Assembly: GCA_026394395.1 (NCBI GenBank)
Contig: JAPKYK010000003.1
Location: forward strand, 12,547-76,546
Direction of reading: 5' to 3'
Length of the DNA: 64,000 bases
Source: Methanomassiliicoccales archaeon
GTDB lineage: Archaea; Thermoplasmatota; Thermoplasmata; Methanomassiliicoccales; UBA472
Below, piece by piece: positions 25,406 to 35,032 of the stretch; positions within the stretch are counted from its first letter, which is position 1, and each line of letters starts with the position of its first letter. The position numbers and the translations under genes were made by a program. Under the pieces are notes generated by a model that saw nothing but the letters and a program-made list of their open reading frames with translations, was not told where the DNA came from and searched no databases.

Positions 25406-27562
25406 ATGTACAAGGGATCATCTGATAGAGAACGTGAGAAAATGAAAAGTGTAGAAGCCCCCCGAGATTCGAGAGCCTCAGAGTCAGGCTCTGGTCTGAA
25501 CAATGATAGAGAGTCAACCGAGATATCCTTATTCGTACGCACTTCTGATGAGGAGATCAAGAAGTGGGACAAGAGCAGGATATTCGACGCCTTGATGAGA
25601 GAGACAGATATCAGCGAAGATGCCGCGGCTATAGTAGCAAGGGAAGTGGAGAAGCTGATTGGGGAGCTACAGCTAGACGTTATCACTGCCCCGTTGATAC
25701 GCGAATTGACCAACGCTAAGCTGGTCGAATACGGATTGGCCAAGATCCGTCGGCAGCACACCCGTCTGGGAGTGCCCCTCTACGATGCCCGGCAGATAAT
25801 CATGAGCCCTAACAAGGAGAACGCCAACGTTCCCCACGGGCCCGAGGCCACCAACCTGACCTTGGCCGAACAGATAAAGAAGGAGTTCGCCCTGCTCGAG
25901 GTGTTCTCGCAGGACCTGGCCGACGCCCATATGCGCGGAGACATTCACCTTCACGATCTCGGTATGATCGACCGTCCCTACTGCAGCGGGCAGTCCATAG
26001 AGTACGTCAAGAAGTTCGGGTTGAACCTGCCTAATTCAATATCGATCGCCAAGCCGGCCAAGCACCCTGAGGTGCTGATCGAGCAGGTGGTCAAGTTCTC
26101 CGCCGCCCTCCAGGGCAACTTCGCCGGAGCCATTGGCTGGGACGCCTTCAACCTCTTCCTGGCCCCTTACCTGGTGGGAGTCGACGACGCCCGCATGAAG
26201 CAGCTGGCCCAGATACTGATATTCGAGTTCGCCCAGCAGGCCGTGGCCCGCGGCGGCCAGTCTATATTCAGCGACCTGAACCTGTACTGGGAAGTACCCG
26301 ACCACTTCCAGAATGTGGACGCCATCGGCCCCAACGGTCAGTTCACTGGCAAGGTCTACGGTGACTATGCTGAGGAGAGCCAGAGGTTCGTGAACGCCCT
26401 GTTCGACGTGTACCTGGAAGGGGACGCCATGGGAAGGCCGTTCTTCTTCCCTAAGCCGAACGTGCACATGACCGAGAAGTTCTTCAAGAGCGAGGGCCAC
26501 GAAGAGTTCCTGAACAAGATCTGCCAAACCGCCACGGAGAAGGGGAACACCTACTTCGTGTTTGACCGCGGTGGAACCGCCAAGATATCCGAGTGCTGCC
26601 GTCTGACCTTCAAATTGGACGACAACGACCTCAACGATGCCAAGACCCCCTGGAAGATGAGGTACTCGGCCATGCAGAACGTCACCATCAACCTGCCGCG
26701 CATCGCCTACGAGGCGCATCAGGACGACGCCAAGCTGTTCAGCTTGCTGGAGGAGAGAATCGAGATGGTGGCCCAGGCGCACCTGCAGAAGCGCGAGTTC
26801 ATCGGTAAGCTGCTGGGCATGGGCAAGTTCGGTCCCCTGGCCCTGTTGACCATGAACCTGGATGGCGAGCCGTACTACCGATTCAACAAGGCCTCGTTCC
26901 TCATAGGCATGGTCGGCCTGAACGAGCTGGTGCAGTACCATACCGGGCAGCAGATGCACGAGAGCAAGGAGGCCACCATGTTCGGCCTCAAGGTCATCTC
27001 GGTCATGAAGAAGAAAGCTGAGGAGGTCGGCAAGAAGTACGGCATCAAGATGCCTCTCGAGCAGACCCCGGCCGAAAGCACTGCCTACCGCTTCGCCAAA
27101 CTGGACATGAAGTACTATCCCCTGCAAGCCCCCACGGTCATACGTGGGAACAAGAGCTCCGGGGAGATCTATTACACCAACTCCACCTACCTGAACGTGG
27201 GAGCGCAGATAAGCGCTATCGAGAGGGTGAAGACCGAAGGCTTGTTCCATCCCCTGATAGAAGCTGGAGCGCTATCGCACGTATGGCTCGGGGAGCACAA
27301 GCCCCCGGCAGAGAATTTGGCGGCGTTCGTGGTGAAGACCTTCCAGAACACCCAGAACTCGCAGATCGCCTTCAGCCCGGAGTTCACCTCCTGCCTGAGC
27401 TGCGGGAAGACCTCCCGCGGCCTGAGCGACACCTGCCCTTATTGTCACTCCCCGAACGTGGAGGGAATAACCAGGGTCACCGGGTTCTTCTCCAAGACCT
27501 CCGGATGGAACAAGGGGAAGCTGGGAGAGCTCAAGGAGAGAACGCGCAACACCATCTCCTGA
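25406..27562 (+). CDS. nrdD: Anaerobic (class III) ribonucleoside-triphosphate reductase
   Basis: ATP-cone (IKKWDKSRIFDALMRETDISEDAAAIVAREVEKLI). C-terminal Zn site CLSCG...CPYC. Glycyl-radical region GITRVTGFFSKTSGWNKGKLGELKER. An alternative start is at 25439. Confidence 0.92.
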   Translation: MYKGSSDREREKMKSVEAPRDSRASESGSGLNNDRESTEISLFVRTSDEEIKKWDKSRIFDALMRETDISEDAAAIVAREVEKLIGELQLDVITAPLIRELTNAKLVEYGLAKIRRQHTRLGVPLYDARQIIMSPNKENANVPHGPEATNLTLAEQIKKEFALLEVFSQDLADAHMRGDIHLHDLGMIDRPYCSGQSIEYVKKFGLNLPNSISIAKPAKHPEVLIEQVVKFSAALQGNFAGAIGWDAFNLFLAPYLVGVDDARMKQLAQILIFEFAQQAVARGGQSIFSDLNLYWEVPDHFQNVDAIGPNGQFTGKVYGDYAEESQRFVNALFDVYLEGDAMGRPFFFPKPNVHMTEKFFKSEGHEEFLNKICQTATEKGNTYFVFDRGGTAKISECCRLTFKLDDNDLNDAKTPWKMRYSAMQNVTINLPRIAYEAHQDDAKLFSLLEERIEMVAQAHLQKREFIGKLLGMGKFGPLALLTMNLDGEPYYRFNKASFLIGMVGLNELVQYHTGQQMHESKEATMFGLKVISVMKKKAEEVGKKYGIKMPLEQTPAESTAYRFAKLDMKYYPLQAPTVIRGNKSSGEIYYTNSTYLNVGAQISAIERVKTEGLFHPLIEAGALSHVWLGEHKPPAENLAAFVVKTFQNTQNSQIAFSPEFTSCLSCGKTSRGLSDTCPYCHSPNVEGITRVTGFFSKTSGWNKGKLGELKERTRNTIS

Positions 27563-27661
27563 ACGGCGTCATAACGGGGGACACCCCCCATTTTTAATAT
27601 TTTCTCATTTCTCATCTATAAGAAAAGGTGGTGATCATCTGTCAATGAGATCAGTAGGTCA

Positions 27662-28024
27662 TTGTCCTTTTTTGTCAAATCTGGAAGGTATCTGAAAAAG
27701 TATTTGTATTCACTGAACAGAAGATGGTTGGCAGAGGTCTATCCTTTGGTGCATCTGCAGGTCTCCGAGCATCGTCTTGTCAACATACGCAGGCGCAGCC
27801 TTTGCGACAATTGCTCGGAACGGGGATGCACATCCTTCGACGGCAGCAGAGTGACCGAATGCCAGGGCTTCAAGCCACTCTTGTTCGTCTTCATGAAATG
27901 CCGGCAATGTGGAGTAATCTACGACCCATATCAGAACATATGCGTCCTTGATTACGAGCTGTGCCCGGAGTGTAACCACGCGGCCAAGGGAAAGGTGGTC
28001 ATCAGCGTGGTCTGCCGGGAATAG
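27662..28024 (+). CDS. Cys-rich small protein (possible zinc ribbon); weak call
   Basis: CDNCSERGC...C...CRQCG-x18-CPEC. TTG start. The region is less GC-rich than its flanks. The true start may be the internal MKCRQCG. Confidence 0.3.
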   Translation: MSFFVKSGRYLKKYLYSLNRRWLAEVYPLVHLQVSEHRLVNIRRRSLCDNCSERGCTSFDGSRVTECQGFKPLLFVFMKCRQCGVIYDPYQNICVLDYELCPECNHAAKGKVVISVVCRE

Positions 28025-28030
28025 GACGTT

Positions 28031-29638
28031 CTAAATCCTTGGTCCGATTATCTGCCAGATGATCAGGAACAGCACGAACAGTGCCAAGGCGTAGGTTATG
28101 GTCCCCACATACCTCATGCGTTCTTCCTCGGTCGCTCCCTTCTTGAAGCGTTTGACCAGTGAGTCCAGTCCATCACGGAACAGGTACCCACCGTCCAGGG
28201 GCACCGCCGGGAGGACGTTGGTCATGCCTACCATCAAGTTGATCCAGAATATCCAGTAGAAGCAGTTGGCCGCGACCCAGAACACCCCGTCGGGCAGACT
28301 GCCCCAGAGCCCGGTGGGCTCGAAGAGGCCGGTAACGGGGCTCTGAATAGGTGCCAGACCGGAGAAGGGCAGGGCGATGTAGGTCAATGAGGCGGATATG
28401 ACGGAGCTTACATCGTCCGCTCCGTCATAGGGCGTGGACAAGAGATCAAGAATGACCTCCGGCGTGTTGACCCCCGCTCCCAGGTAGGCGGAGTTGATGC
28501 CCATGAAACCATAGTCGACGAAGTCTTCGTCGATGGACCCGGGGCTGACGTCCTGGTAATAGTCCAGACGGCTCATCAGGGTGACGCTCGTTACCGACGG
28601 GTCGAGCACGTACTTGTCCAAATCCTTGTCGTAGGCGAGCGCGGTCACGTTGACCACCTGTCCGCCCACGGTCTGTTTGAGGGTGCCGGTGAGATCTTCG
28701 TTGCTGCGGATGACGGTGTCGTTGAGGGAGAAGATGATCATGCCCACCTCTAGACCGGCATCGTCTGCAGGATAACCGCTCGATACGGACGTGAGCATGA
28801 CGCCCGAGGTCACCTGCGTCGTCCGAAGCTCGTCCTTAGAGTAATATGTAACATTCACCACATTACCAGGGTCCGGCGCATTGAAGGAGGAGTAATCCTC
28901 ATAGGTGGATATCGCCTGGCCGTCTATCTCCATTATCTGTGCACCGAAGCTCAGTCCGGCCAGGTCCGCCGGCCCGCCGTCGGCCACGCTAACCACGATG
29001 GGGTTGTCCCGCACCGGTTCCACCGAGGCCATCATGGCCGAGGAGAATATCAGGGCACACATCAGCCCGACGATGATGTTCGTGGCCGGACCAACGGCGT
29101 AGACGTTCATGCGCTTGCGCTTCTCGGTCTTGACCAATGCTTCCTCATCCGGCTCAACGAAGGCGCCCATGGGCACGATGAGCAATAACACCCCCATAGA
29201 ACGGATGGCCATCCCTCCCACTCTGGTCAGGATGCCGTGGGCGAACTCGTGGATGAAGATGGCCACGACCAGCCCTATTATCCCGTACCACAGGGGAATG
29301 ATGGGGTTTATGCCCGGAATCCCCAGCAACATGTCCAGGCCCGGGGCGGACTCCGCCGGTATGCTGGAGACGATGGTTGCCTCCCACAATAGCAAGGCCA
29401 TCATCAGGAACATGACTATTACGCAGACCCATTTGGCCACCATGCCGTAGATTTGCCAGAAACGCTTGGGGCGTGCCAGAACGTCAATGAAGTTCTTGCC
29501 CCTCTGGGTGCTCCACATGAGGAAAGGGCCGTAGGCTTTCATGCCGTACTTCTTGATCCATCCCTTCTTGTCGGCCAATCGCACGATGAATATGAATGCG
29601 AATATGGCCAGCAGGACCAAGAGCAGGTCTTCGTACAT
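28031..29638 (-). CDS. Site-2 protease family (peptidase M50) membrane metalloprotease with PDZ-like insert
   Basis: HEFAHG zinc motif (VAIFIHEFAHGILTRVGG) and a second motif NLMVGMTNVLPAVPLDGG. Two PDZ-like segments (GGPADLAGLSFGAQIMEIDG; YPADDAGLEVGMIIFSLND). The start was moved to the ATG at 29638. Confidence 0.85.
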   Translation of the reverse strand: MYEDLLLVLLAIFAFIFIVRLADKKGWIKKYGMKAYGPFLMWSTQRGKNFIDVLARPKRFWQIYGMVAKWVCVIVMFLMMALLLWEATIVSSIPAESAPGLDMLLGIPGINPIIPLWYGIIGLVVAIFIHEFAHGILTRVGGMAIRSMGVLLLIVPMGAFVEPDEEALVKTEKRKRMNVYAVGPATNIIVGLMCALIFSSAMMASVEPVRDNPIVVSVADGGPADLAGLSFGAQIMEIDGQAISTYEDYSSFNAPDPGNVVNVTYYSKDELRTTQVTSGVMLTSVSSGYPADDAGLEVGMIIFSLNDTVIRSNEDLTGTLKQTVGGQVVNVTALAYDKDLDKYVLDPSVTSVTLMSRLDYYQDVSPGSIDEDFVDYGFMGINSAYLGAGVNTPEVILDLLSTPYDGADDVSSVISASLTYIALPFSGLAPIQSPVTGLFEPTGLWGSLPDGVFWVAANCFYWIFWINLMVGMTNVLPAVPLDGGYLFRDGLDSLVKRFKKGATEEERMRYVGTITYALALFVLFLIIWQIIGPRI

Positions 29639-29672
29639 CAAGGGCCAGGAACGAGGGCTGGGTATAAAATAC

Positions 29673-30056
29673 CTAACGCTCCCGGTCTTTCCACACGTCA
29701 TCGTCCATGGTGGCGTAGACGGCCGAGGGGTCCTCTGGCCCACAGGTCTCATCTTCGCACTTGTGGGCCATCCTCAAGATCTGGTCCTTCTTCAGGATCC
29801 AGTAGTGAATGCGCCAAAGCTTGCCCTTCTTGAGGTGGACCTCCTCCTGAGTGGTGGTGAGGAAACCTTCCTCCTCCAACATGTAGAAGACGTCCCGGTC
29901 CTCGGAAGTGAGACGATTGTCGATGACCTCGTCGGTGTAGCCGAAGAAGGAAAGAATGTATTCCGCCAGTTTTTCCAGGTCTTCATGGGACATGCCTTTC
30001 TTGCCCATGGTATTGGACAACGCTTTTACCACGTCCTCCATGCTCACGACCGTCAT
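29673..30056 (-). CDS. Hypothetical cytoplasmic protein (127 aa)
   Basis: ORF with clean coding composition, co-directional with and between the opp cluster and the M50 protease. I can name no family motif. Confidence 0.55.
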   Translation of the reverse strand: MTVVSMEDVVKALSNTMGKKGMSHEDLEKLAEYILSFFGYTDEVIDNRLTSEDRDVFYMLEEEGFLTTTQEEVHLKKGKLWRIHYWILKKDQILRMAHKCEDETCGPEDPSAVYATMDDDVWKDRER

Positions 30057-30131
30057 GCCCTAACCCCACCCTCCGTGAGTCAACGCGGTTAACGAATATA
30101 ATGATTCTTTAACGGGAATTGCTTTTAAAAC

Positions 30132-30419
30132 TCAATCCTCGCCCCAAATACCGTCCTTTCCCCAAATCTTAAGGTACAATATGACGAAAAGGATCACCAC
30201 GCCGGCAATAAATATAAAAGCGGCCGACCAGCGCAGTCCTCCCCACTCCTCGTGCCTGGTCACGATCTCCAGGGGGACCATGGTGGCCAAGGCCAGGGCC
30301 AGCAGCCAGAACCAGTATTTGGCGTAGACGCGCTTAAGCCATGGCTGGGAGGGGGGCTCCTCCCCTTCCTCCTCGACCGTCTCCGTATTGTGGATGACTA
30401 GCTTCCTCTTCGTTGCCAT
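30132..30419 (-). CDS. Small two-TM membrane protein
   Basis: Two hydrophobic helices (YWFWLLALALATMVPL; AAFIFIAGVVILFVILYL). Lies 9 nt downstream of the ABC ATPase gene. Confidence 0.55.
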   Translation of the reverse strand: MATKRKLVIHNTETVEEEGEEPPSQPWLKRVYAKYWFWLLALALATMVPLEIVTRHEEWGGLRWSAAFIFIAGVVILFVILYLKIWGKDGIWGED

Positions 30420-30428
30420 GTCTTCAGA

Positions 30429-31535
30429 TTAACGGAAATGGCAGGCCACCATATGACCGTTGCCCTTGTCCACCAGCTGCGGCTCCATCTGTTCGCATAT
30501 CTCCTCCCGATAGCGGCACCGGGTATGGAAGCGGCAACCAGACGGAGGGTTGGCCGGGGATGGTATGTCACCGCTCAGGGGGACCCTCTTCCTCTTAAGC
30601 TTTGGATCGGGAACTGGGATGGAATTGAGCAATGCCTCGGTGTAAGGATGTATGGGCTTGGCGAATATCTCGTCCTTGGGGCCCGATTCCACGATCTTGC
30701 CCAGGTACATGATGTTGACGAAGTCGCACATGTACTTGATGGTCGACAGGTCGTGGGAGATGAACATGTAGGTCAGGTCCAGCTCCGCCTGCAGGTCGTT
30801 CAGTAGGTTTAGTATCTGGGATTGCACGGAGACGTCCAGGGCCGAGGTCGGTTCGTCCAGGACGATAAAGTCCGGGTTGAGGGCCAACGCCTTGGCCACG
30901 CCTATCCTCTGTCTCTGGCCTCCACTGAACTCGTGCGGGTAGCGGTAGATGTGCTCCGGTGCCAACCCCACGCGTTCCATCAGCTCCTTCACCCTGCCGG
31001 TGACATTGGTACTGCTAGACATCCCGTGGATCTTGATCGGCTCGGCGATGATGTCCTTGATGAGCATGCGCGGGTTCAAGGAAGAGTAAGGGTCCTGGAA
31101 CACGATTTGCATGTCCTTGCGCAAGCGCCGCAGGTCCTCCGGCTTGCGCCGGTTCAGGGTATAGGTGTTGCGTATGTCCTCCAATTCAGGTATGGTCACC
31201 GGCTTGACGTGCCTTGCCTTCTTGACCATGCCGCCCTTAGGCATATTGAGCTGGACCTCTTCGGCCTCAAGCTGAAGCATCCGGTCATGGACATCGTTGG
31301 GCATCTTGTAGTAGATGTTCCCTCCAGTGGGCGGGGTGAGCATGAGGACGCAGCGCCCCGTGGTGGTCTTGCCGCAGCCGCTTTCGCCTACTAGGCCCAG
31401 GGTCTTTCCGCGTGGTATGCTGAAATCGATGCCGTCTATGGCCCTGACGTTCCCCACGTTCTTCTTAATAAGGCCGCTCCGAATGGGAAAATACTTCTGA
31501 AGCCCGCGGACCTCGAACAGGTTCTCGTCACTCAT
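30429..31535 (-). CDS. Oligopeptide/dipeptide ABC transporter ATP-binding protein (OppF/DppF type) with an internal insertion
   Basis: Walker [10 protein letters not shown], signature [15 protein letters not shown], Walker [14 protein letters not shown]-terminal oligo_HPY-type CRFHTRC. About 45 extra residues lie between Walker A and the Q-loop. Confidence 0.88.
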   Translation of the reverse strand: MSDENLFEVRGLQKYFPIRSGLIKKNVGNVRAIDGIDFSIPRGKTLGLVGESGCGKTTTGRCVLMLTPPTGGNIYYKMPNDVHDRMLQLEAEEVQLNMPKGGMVKKARHVKPVTIPELEDIRNTYTLNRRKPEDLRRLRKDMQIVFQDPYSSLNPRMLIKDIIAEPIKIHGMSSSTNVTGRVKELMERVGLAPEHIYRYPHEFSGGQRQRIGVAKALALNPDFIVLDEPTSALDVSVQSQILNLLNDLQAELDLTYMFISHDLSTIKYMCDFVNIMYLGKIVESGPKDEIFAKPIHPYTEALLNSIPVPDPKLKRKRVPLSGDIPSPANPPSGCRFHTRCRYREEICEQMEPQLVDKGNGHMVACHFR

Positions 31536-32952
31536 TCCGCTTCACCTTCCCGTATAGATGGCAGGCCACCCTATGGTCCTTAACGATGTCCTGGAGCACA
31601 GGCTTGACCTCACTGCATATCTGCATGGCGAACGGGCAGCGCGGGTGGAAACGGCACCCCGGCGGAGGATGCAGCAGGTTAGGCACGCTTCCCTTGATCA
31701 CTTCCAGGTGGGTGGTGCTCTCCGTCAGCTTGGGTATGGAGTTTATCAGCCCCTGGGTATAGGGATGGAGGGGTTGGGCGAATATCTCCTCGGCCGAACC
31801 GACCTCGACGATGTTCCCGGCGTACATGACGCCGATGCGCTCGCATACCTCAGCAACGACACCAAGGTTGTGCGTGATCATGAGTACCGATGTGCCGGTC
31901 TCTTCCTGCAGCTCCCTCATCAATTTCAGGATCTGGGCCTGTATTGTAACGTCCAACGCGGTGGTCGGCTCATCGGCGATGAGCAGCTTGGGCTTGCAAG
32001 CCAGGGCCATGGCGATCATGACCCTCTGCTGCATCCCTCCGGATAGTTCGTGTGGGTAATTCTTGACTATGCTGCCCGGGTCGGGTATTCGGACCAGTCG
32101 GAGCATCCTTATGGCCCTTCCAGTGGCCTCCGCCTGCAGCGGTTTCCGATAACGGTTGAGGATAGGTATCTTGTTCATGAACCACAGCGTGACATCGTCC
32201 GGGTCCTTCAGCATCATCTTGTATAATTTCTTGTAGTACTTTATCTGCCAAAGGTGGAATCCCTTGAACCCTTTCTTGTTGAAACTTCCACCGCAATAGG
32301 GACATTTATTGGACTTCCCGCTTACTGTTGAGCCGCAGTCCGAGCACTTGATCTCACCGTTCTCCTCGATCCTCTTGATGGTGGTGTGTCCGGTCGTTGA
32401 CAGGGAGGTGTAGTTCTCATCCAGTTTCTGGAGCGTTCCCTTTACCAGGTCCGGAAGTTCGTGAAGGATCAGGATCTCGGTTATCTGATTGCCGACGGTG
32501 AACACCGGGTTAAGGGCCGACATCGGCTCTTGGAAGATCATGGAGATGATCTTTCCGCGTATCTTCCTCAGCCTGTTCGCCGACATCTTCAGTATGTCGT
32601 ACTTGTTGAGCTCGGGAGCGATCTCGTCCATCATTTTCTTGATGTCCTCCGGGCTCCTTCCGTTCGCCTGCTCGGCCTCGATGGCCGACAGCTTCTGCTG
32701 AAGATCAGCAGGAGGGTCTACAAGGATGCGTCCGCCCTCGATCTTGCCTGGTGGTGAGGGAATGATCCTCATCACGCTGTTGGCGGTGACGCTCTTGCCA
32801 CAGCCGCTCTCTCCGACCAGGCCGAAGGTTTCGCCGCGCTTTATTTCCACATCTACGCCGTCAAGGGCCTTCACCACACCCGACTTAGTGTAGAAGTTGA
32901 CGTAGAGGTCCTTTATCTTCAGGAAGTACAGTTCATCGCCCATCTTGGTCAC
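31528..32952 (-). CDS. Oligopeptide/dipeptide ABC transporter ATP-binding protein (OppD/DppD type) with large insertions including a zinc ribbon
   Basis: Walker A GESGCGKSV, signature LSGGMQQRVMIAMAL, Walker B LLIADEPTTALD, C-terminal CRFHPRC. An inserted segment contains CSDCGSTVSGKSNKCPYCGG (nt about 32293-32346). Confidence 0.88.
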   Translation of the reverse strand: MTKMGDELYFLKIKDLYVNFYTKSGVVKALDGVDVEIKRGETFGLVGESGCGKSVTANSVMRIIPSPPGKIEGGRILVDPPADLQQKLSAIEAEQANGRSPEDIKKMMDEIAPELNKYDILKMSANRLRKIRGKIISMIFQEPMSALNPVFTVGNQITEILILHELPDLVKGTLQKLDENYTSLSTTGHTTIKRIEENGEIKCSDCGSTVSGKSNKCPYCGGSFNKKGFKGFHLWQIKYYKKLYKMMLKDPDDVTLWFMNKIPILNRYRKPLQAEATGRAIRMLRLVRIPDPGSIVKNYPHELSGGMQQRVMIAMALACKPKLLIADEPTTALDVTIQAQILKLMRELQEETGTSVLMITHNLGVVAEVCERIGVMYAGNIVEVGSAEEIFAQPLHPYTQGLINSIPKLTESTTHLEVIKGSVPNLLHPPPGCRFHPRCPFAMQICSEVKPVLQDIVKDHRVACHLYGKVKRNE

Positions 32953-33917
32953 CTCTTCGCCCGGGGGTCCATTATGTCCCTCAATCCGTCACCAAGTAAG
33001 CTGAATCCCATCGTGAACAGCAATATTGCCATCCCTGGGAACACAATAGTCCACCAGTACCCCTGAACGAACCATTTCTCCCCATCTGAGACCATGCGTC
33101 CCCACTCGGCGTAACCAGTGCTGACCCCGAAACCAATATAGCTCAGACCGGCGGTGGTCAGGCAAACAGAGCCCACATCCATGGTGACCGCGACGATCAA
33201 GGGGGTAAGCGAGTTCGGTATGACATGCCTGAACAGGATGCGCGGTTTCTTGGCCCCAATGGCCCTGGCCGCCTCTACATAGGTGTTCTCCTTAATGGCC
33301 AGTACCTGACCGCGCACTAGCCTAGCATAGGAAGGCCACCAGACGATGATGAGGGCTAAGATGATGCTGTTCAGGTCCCTGGTCAGAACACTGGTCACGG
33401 CCATGGCCATGATCAGAGCGGGCAGAGAAAGGAACACGTCCGTGATCCTCATGAGGAGGTTGTCCAACTTACCCCCGTAGAAACCGGCAACGGACCCTAG
33501 AACGAGCCCGAGGAAGGTGGCGATCCCGACCACTATGAGCGATGTATATATCGATGTCCGGGCTCCCCAGACCACACCATAGAACACATCCAGTCCCATA
33601 TCCCCAGTACCGAATATCTTGCCGTTGACCCCGGGCGCTCTAGGGGGTTCGATGTAATCCTTCGGTATGCGGTAAGGATCGTTATCATTGATAGGTGGGG
33701 CCAATACTGGGGCAAAAATCGCCACACACACGATTAAAATAATGAAGAAGATGCCCAGCATCACGCTGGGGTTGTGAACGATAAGGTCCATGATATTTTT
33801 GTACTCCCGGAACCTCGGTTTCAGACCGGAAACGAAATCATCCATCTTGGATGCTTTACGATTTTTCTTCCTCTTCGCCCGTTTGGCCGCTTTCTTGTTC
33901 ATTTTTTTCTCGGCCAT
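32949..33917 (-). CDS. Peptide ABC transporter permease (OppC/DppC type)
   Basis: Multi-TM protein with the EAA loop VEAARAIGAKKPRILFRHVIPN. Confidence 0.85.
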   Translation of the reverse strand: MAEKKMNKKAAKRAKRKKNRKASKMDDFVSGLKPRFREYKNIMDLIVHNPSVMLGIFFIILIVCVAIFAPVLAPPINDNDPYRIPKDYIEPPRAPGVNGKIFGTGDMGLDVFYGVVWGARTSIYTSLIVVGIATFLGLVLGSVAGFYGGKLDNLLMRITDVFLSLPALIMAMAVTSVLTRDLNSIILALIIVWWPSYARLVRGQVLAIKENTYVEAARAIGAKKPRILFRHVIPNSLTPLIVAVTMDVGSVCLTTAGLSYIGFGVSTGYAEWGRMVSDGEKWFVQGYWWTIVFPGMAILLFTMGFSLLGDGLRDIMDPRAKR

Positions 33918-33921
33918 GTAA

Positions 33922-34938
33922 TCACTCCAGTTTTACCCTAGGGTCCAGATATGCGTAAAGCACATCGACAACTAGATTTACTATTACATATACGAGTGCG
34001 ATGAAAAGGCAGAAGCCCAGAACCGAAATATTATCATTTCGAGTAATGGAATATGCTGACCACCTCCCTAATCCGGGAAGGGCGAAGATGGATTCGGTCA
34101 AAACTGCTCCGCCCAATGATCCACCGAAGGATAGACCAATGACCGTTGTAGTGGGGATCAGCGCGTTTCGCCTAGCGTGCTTGTTGATAACTATCTTTTC
34201 AGGCAATCCCTTTGCCCTGGCTGTTTTGACATAATCTAAGTTAAGGACCTCCAACATGCTGTTCCTCTGAATGCGTATAAGGACCGCGGTTGTTCCAAAT
34301 GATAGAACGATCGCTGGCATCAGCAAGTGTTCGAGATGATCAAAGAATAATGGAATGTTACCGACGAGCAGGGCATCAATTGATATCAGCCCTGTAATGC
34401 GGTGGACATTCCCTATGAATTCAATACCGTAAAGACCAGATGAAGGTAATATATGCAGCTTAGCATAGAACACATATTGAAAGATCAATGCCAGCCAGAA
34501 AACGGGCAATGATACACCTATTAATGAAATGACCCTAGTGATGTGGTCGAACGGTTTGTCCTTGCGAAGGGCGGTCATCGTTCCGATGGTCACACCCATG
34601 GACACACCGATGAGCATGCTGAACACAGTCAATTCGAACGTTACCGGCAACTTAGTCAGAATGGCCTCGGTCACCGGCATGAGCGCCGTCTTAGACCAAC
34701 CCCAGTCACCTTGGAGTATACCCTCGAGCCAATACCAATATTGGTTGATTATTGGCTCATCGAAATGATATTTTTCATAGACATGCTGGATCTGGATTTC
34801 CGTCATTTTTTCATTGATGTAGGCTGACGCGGGATCTCCACCAGTCGATCTCGAAAGAGTGAATATGATTATCGAGACACCGAGCAAGACGGGAATTATC
34901 AACAACAATCTTTTAAAAATATAGCTGAACAAACGCAT
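33922..34938 (-). CDS. Peptide ABC transporter permease (OppB/DppB type)
   Basis: N-terminal YIFKRLLLIIPVLLGVSIIIF and the EAA loop VKTARAKGLPEKIVINKHARRNALIP. Confidence 0.85.
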   Translation of the reverse strand: MRLFSYIFKRLLLIIPVLLGVSIIIFTLSRSTGGDPASAYINEKMTEIQIQHVYEKYHFDEPIINQYWYWLEGILQGDWGWSKTALMPVTEAILTKLPVTFELTVFSMLIGVSMGVTIGTMTALRKDKPFDHITRVISLIGVSLPVFWLALIFQYVFYAKLHILPSSGLYGIEFIGNVHRITGLISIDALLVGNIPLFFDHLEHLLMPAIVLSFGTTAVLIRIQRNSMLEVLNLDYVKTARAKGLPEKIVINKHARRNALIPTTTVIGLSFGGSLGGAVLTESIFALPGLGRWSAYSITRNDNISVLGFCLFIALVYVIVNLVVDVLYAYLDPRVKLE

Positions 34939-35032
34939 TCCATCGCCTCGTCGTTATCTGGTCAATCTTTTTCCTTGTCAATTATAAAAAATTTAAAGGG
35001 AAAGGGTTTGAACCGTCGTTCCTGCTTCTGGC

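Noticed and set aside
26036-27250. 404-aa minus-strand ORF
   Set aside because: It is antisense to nrdD. Its translation is Leu/Val/Gly/His-rich shadow sequence.
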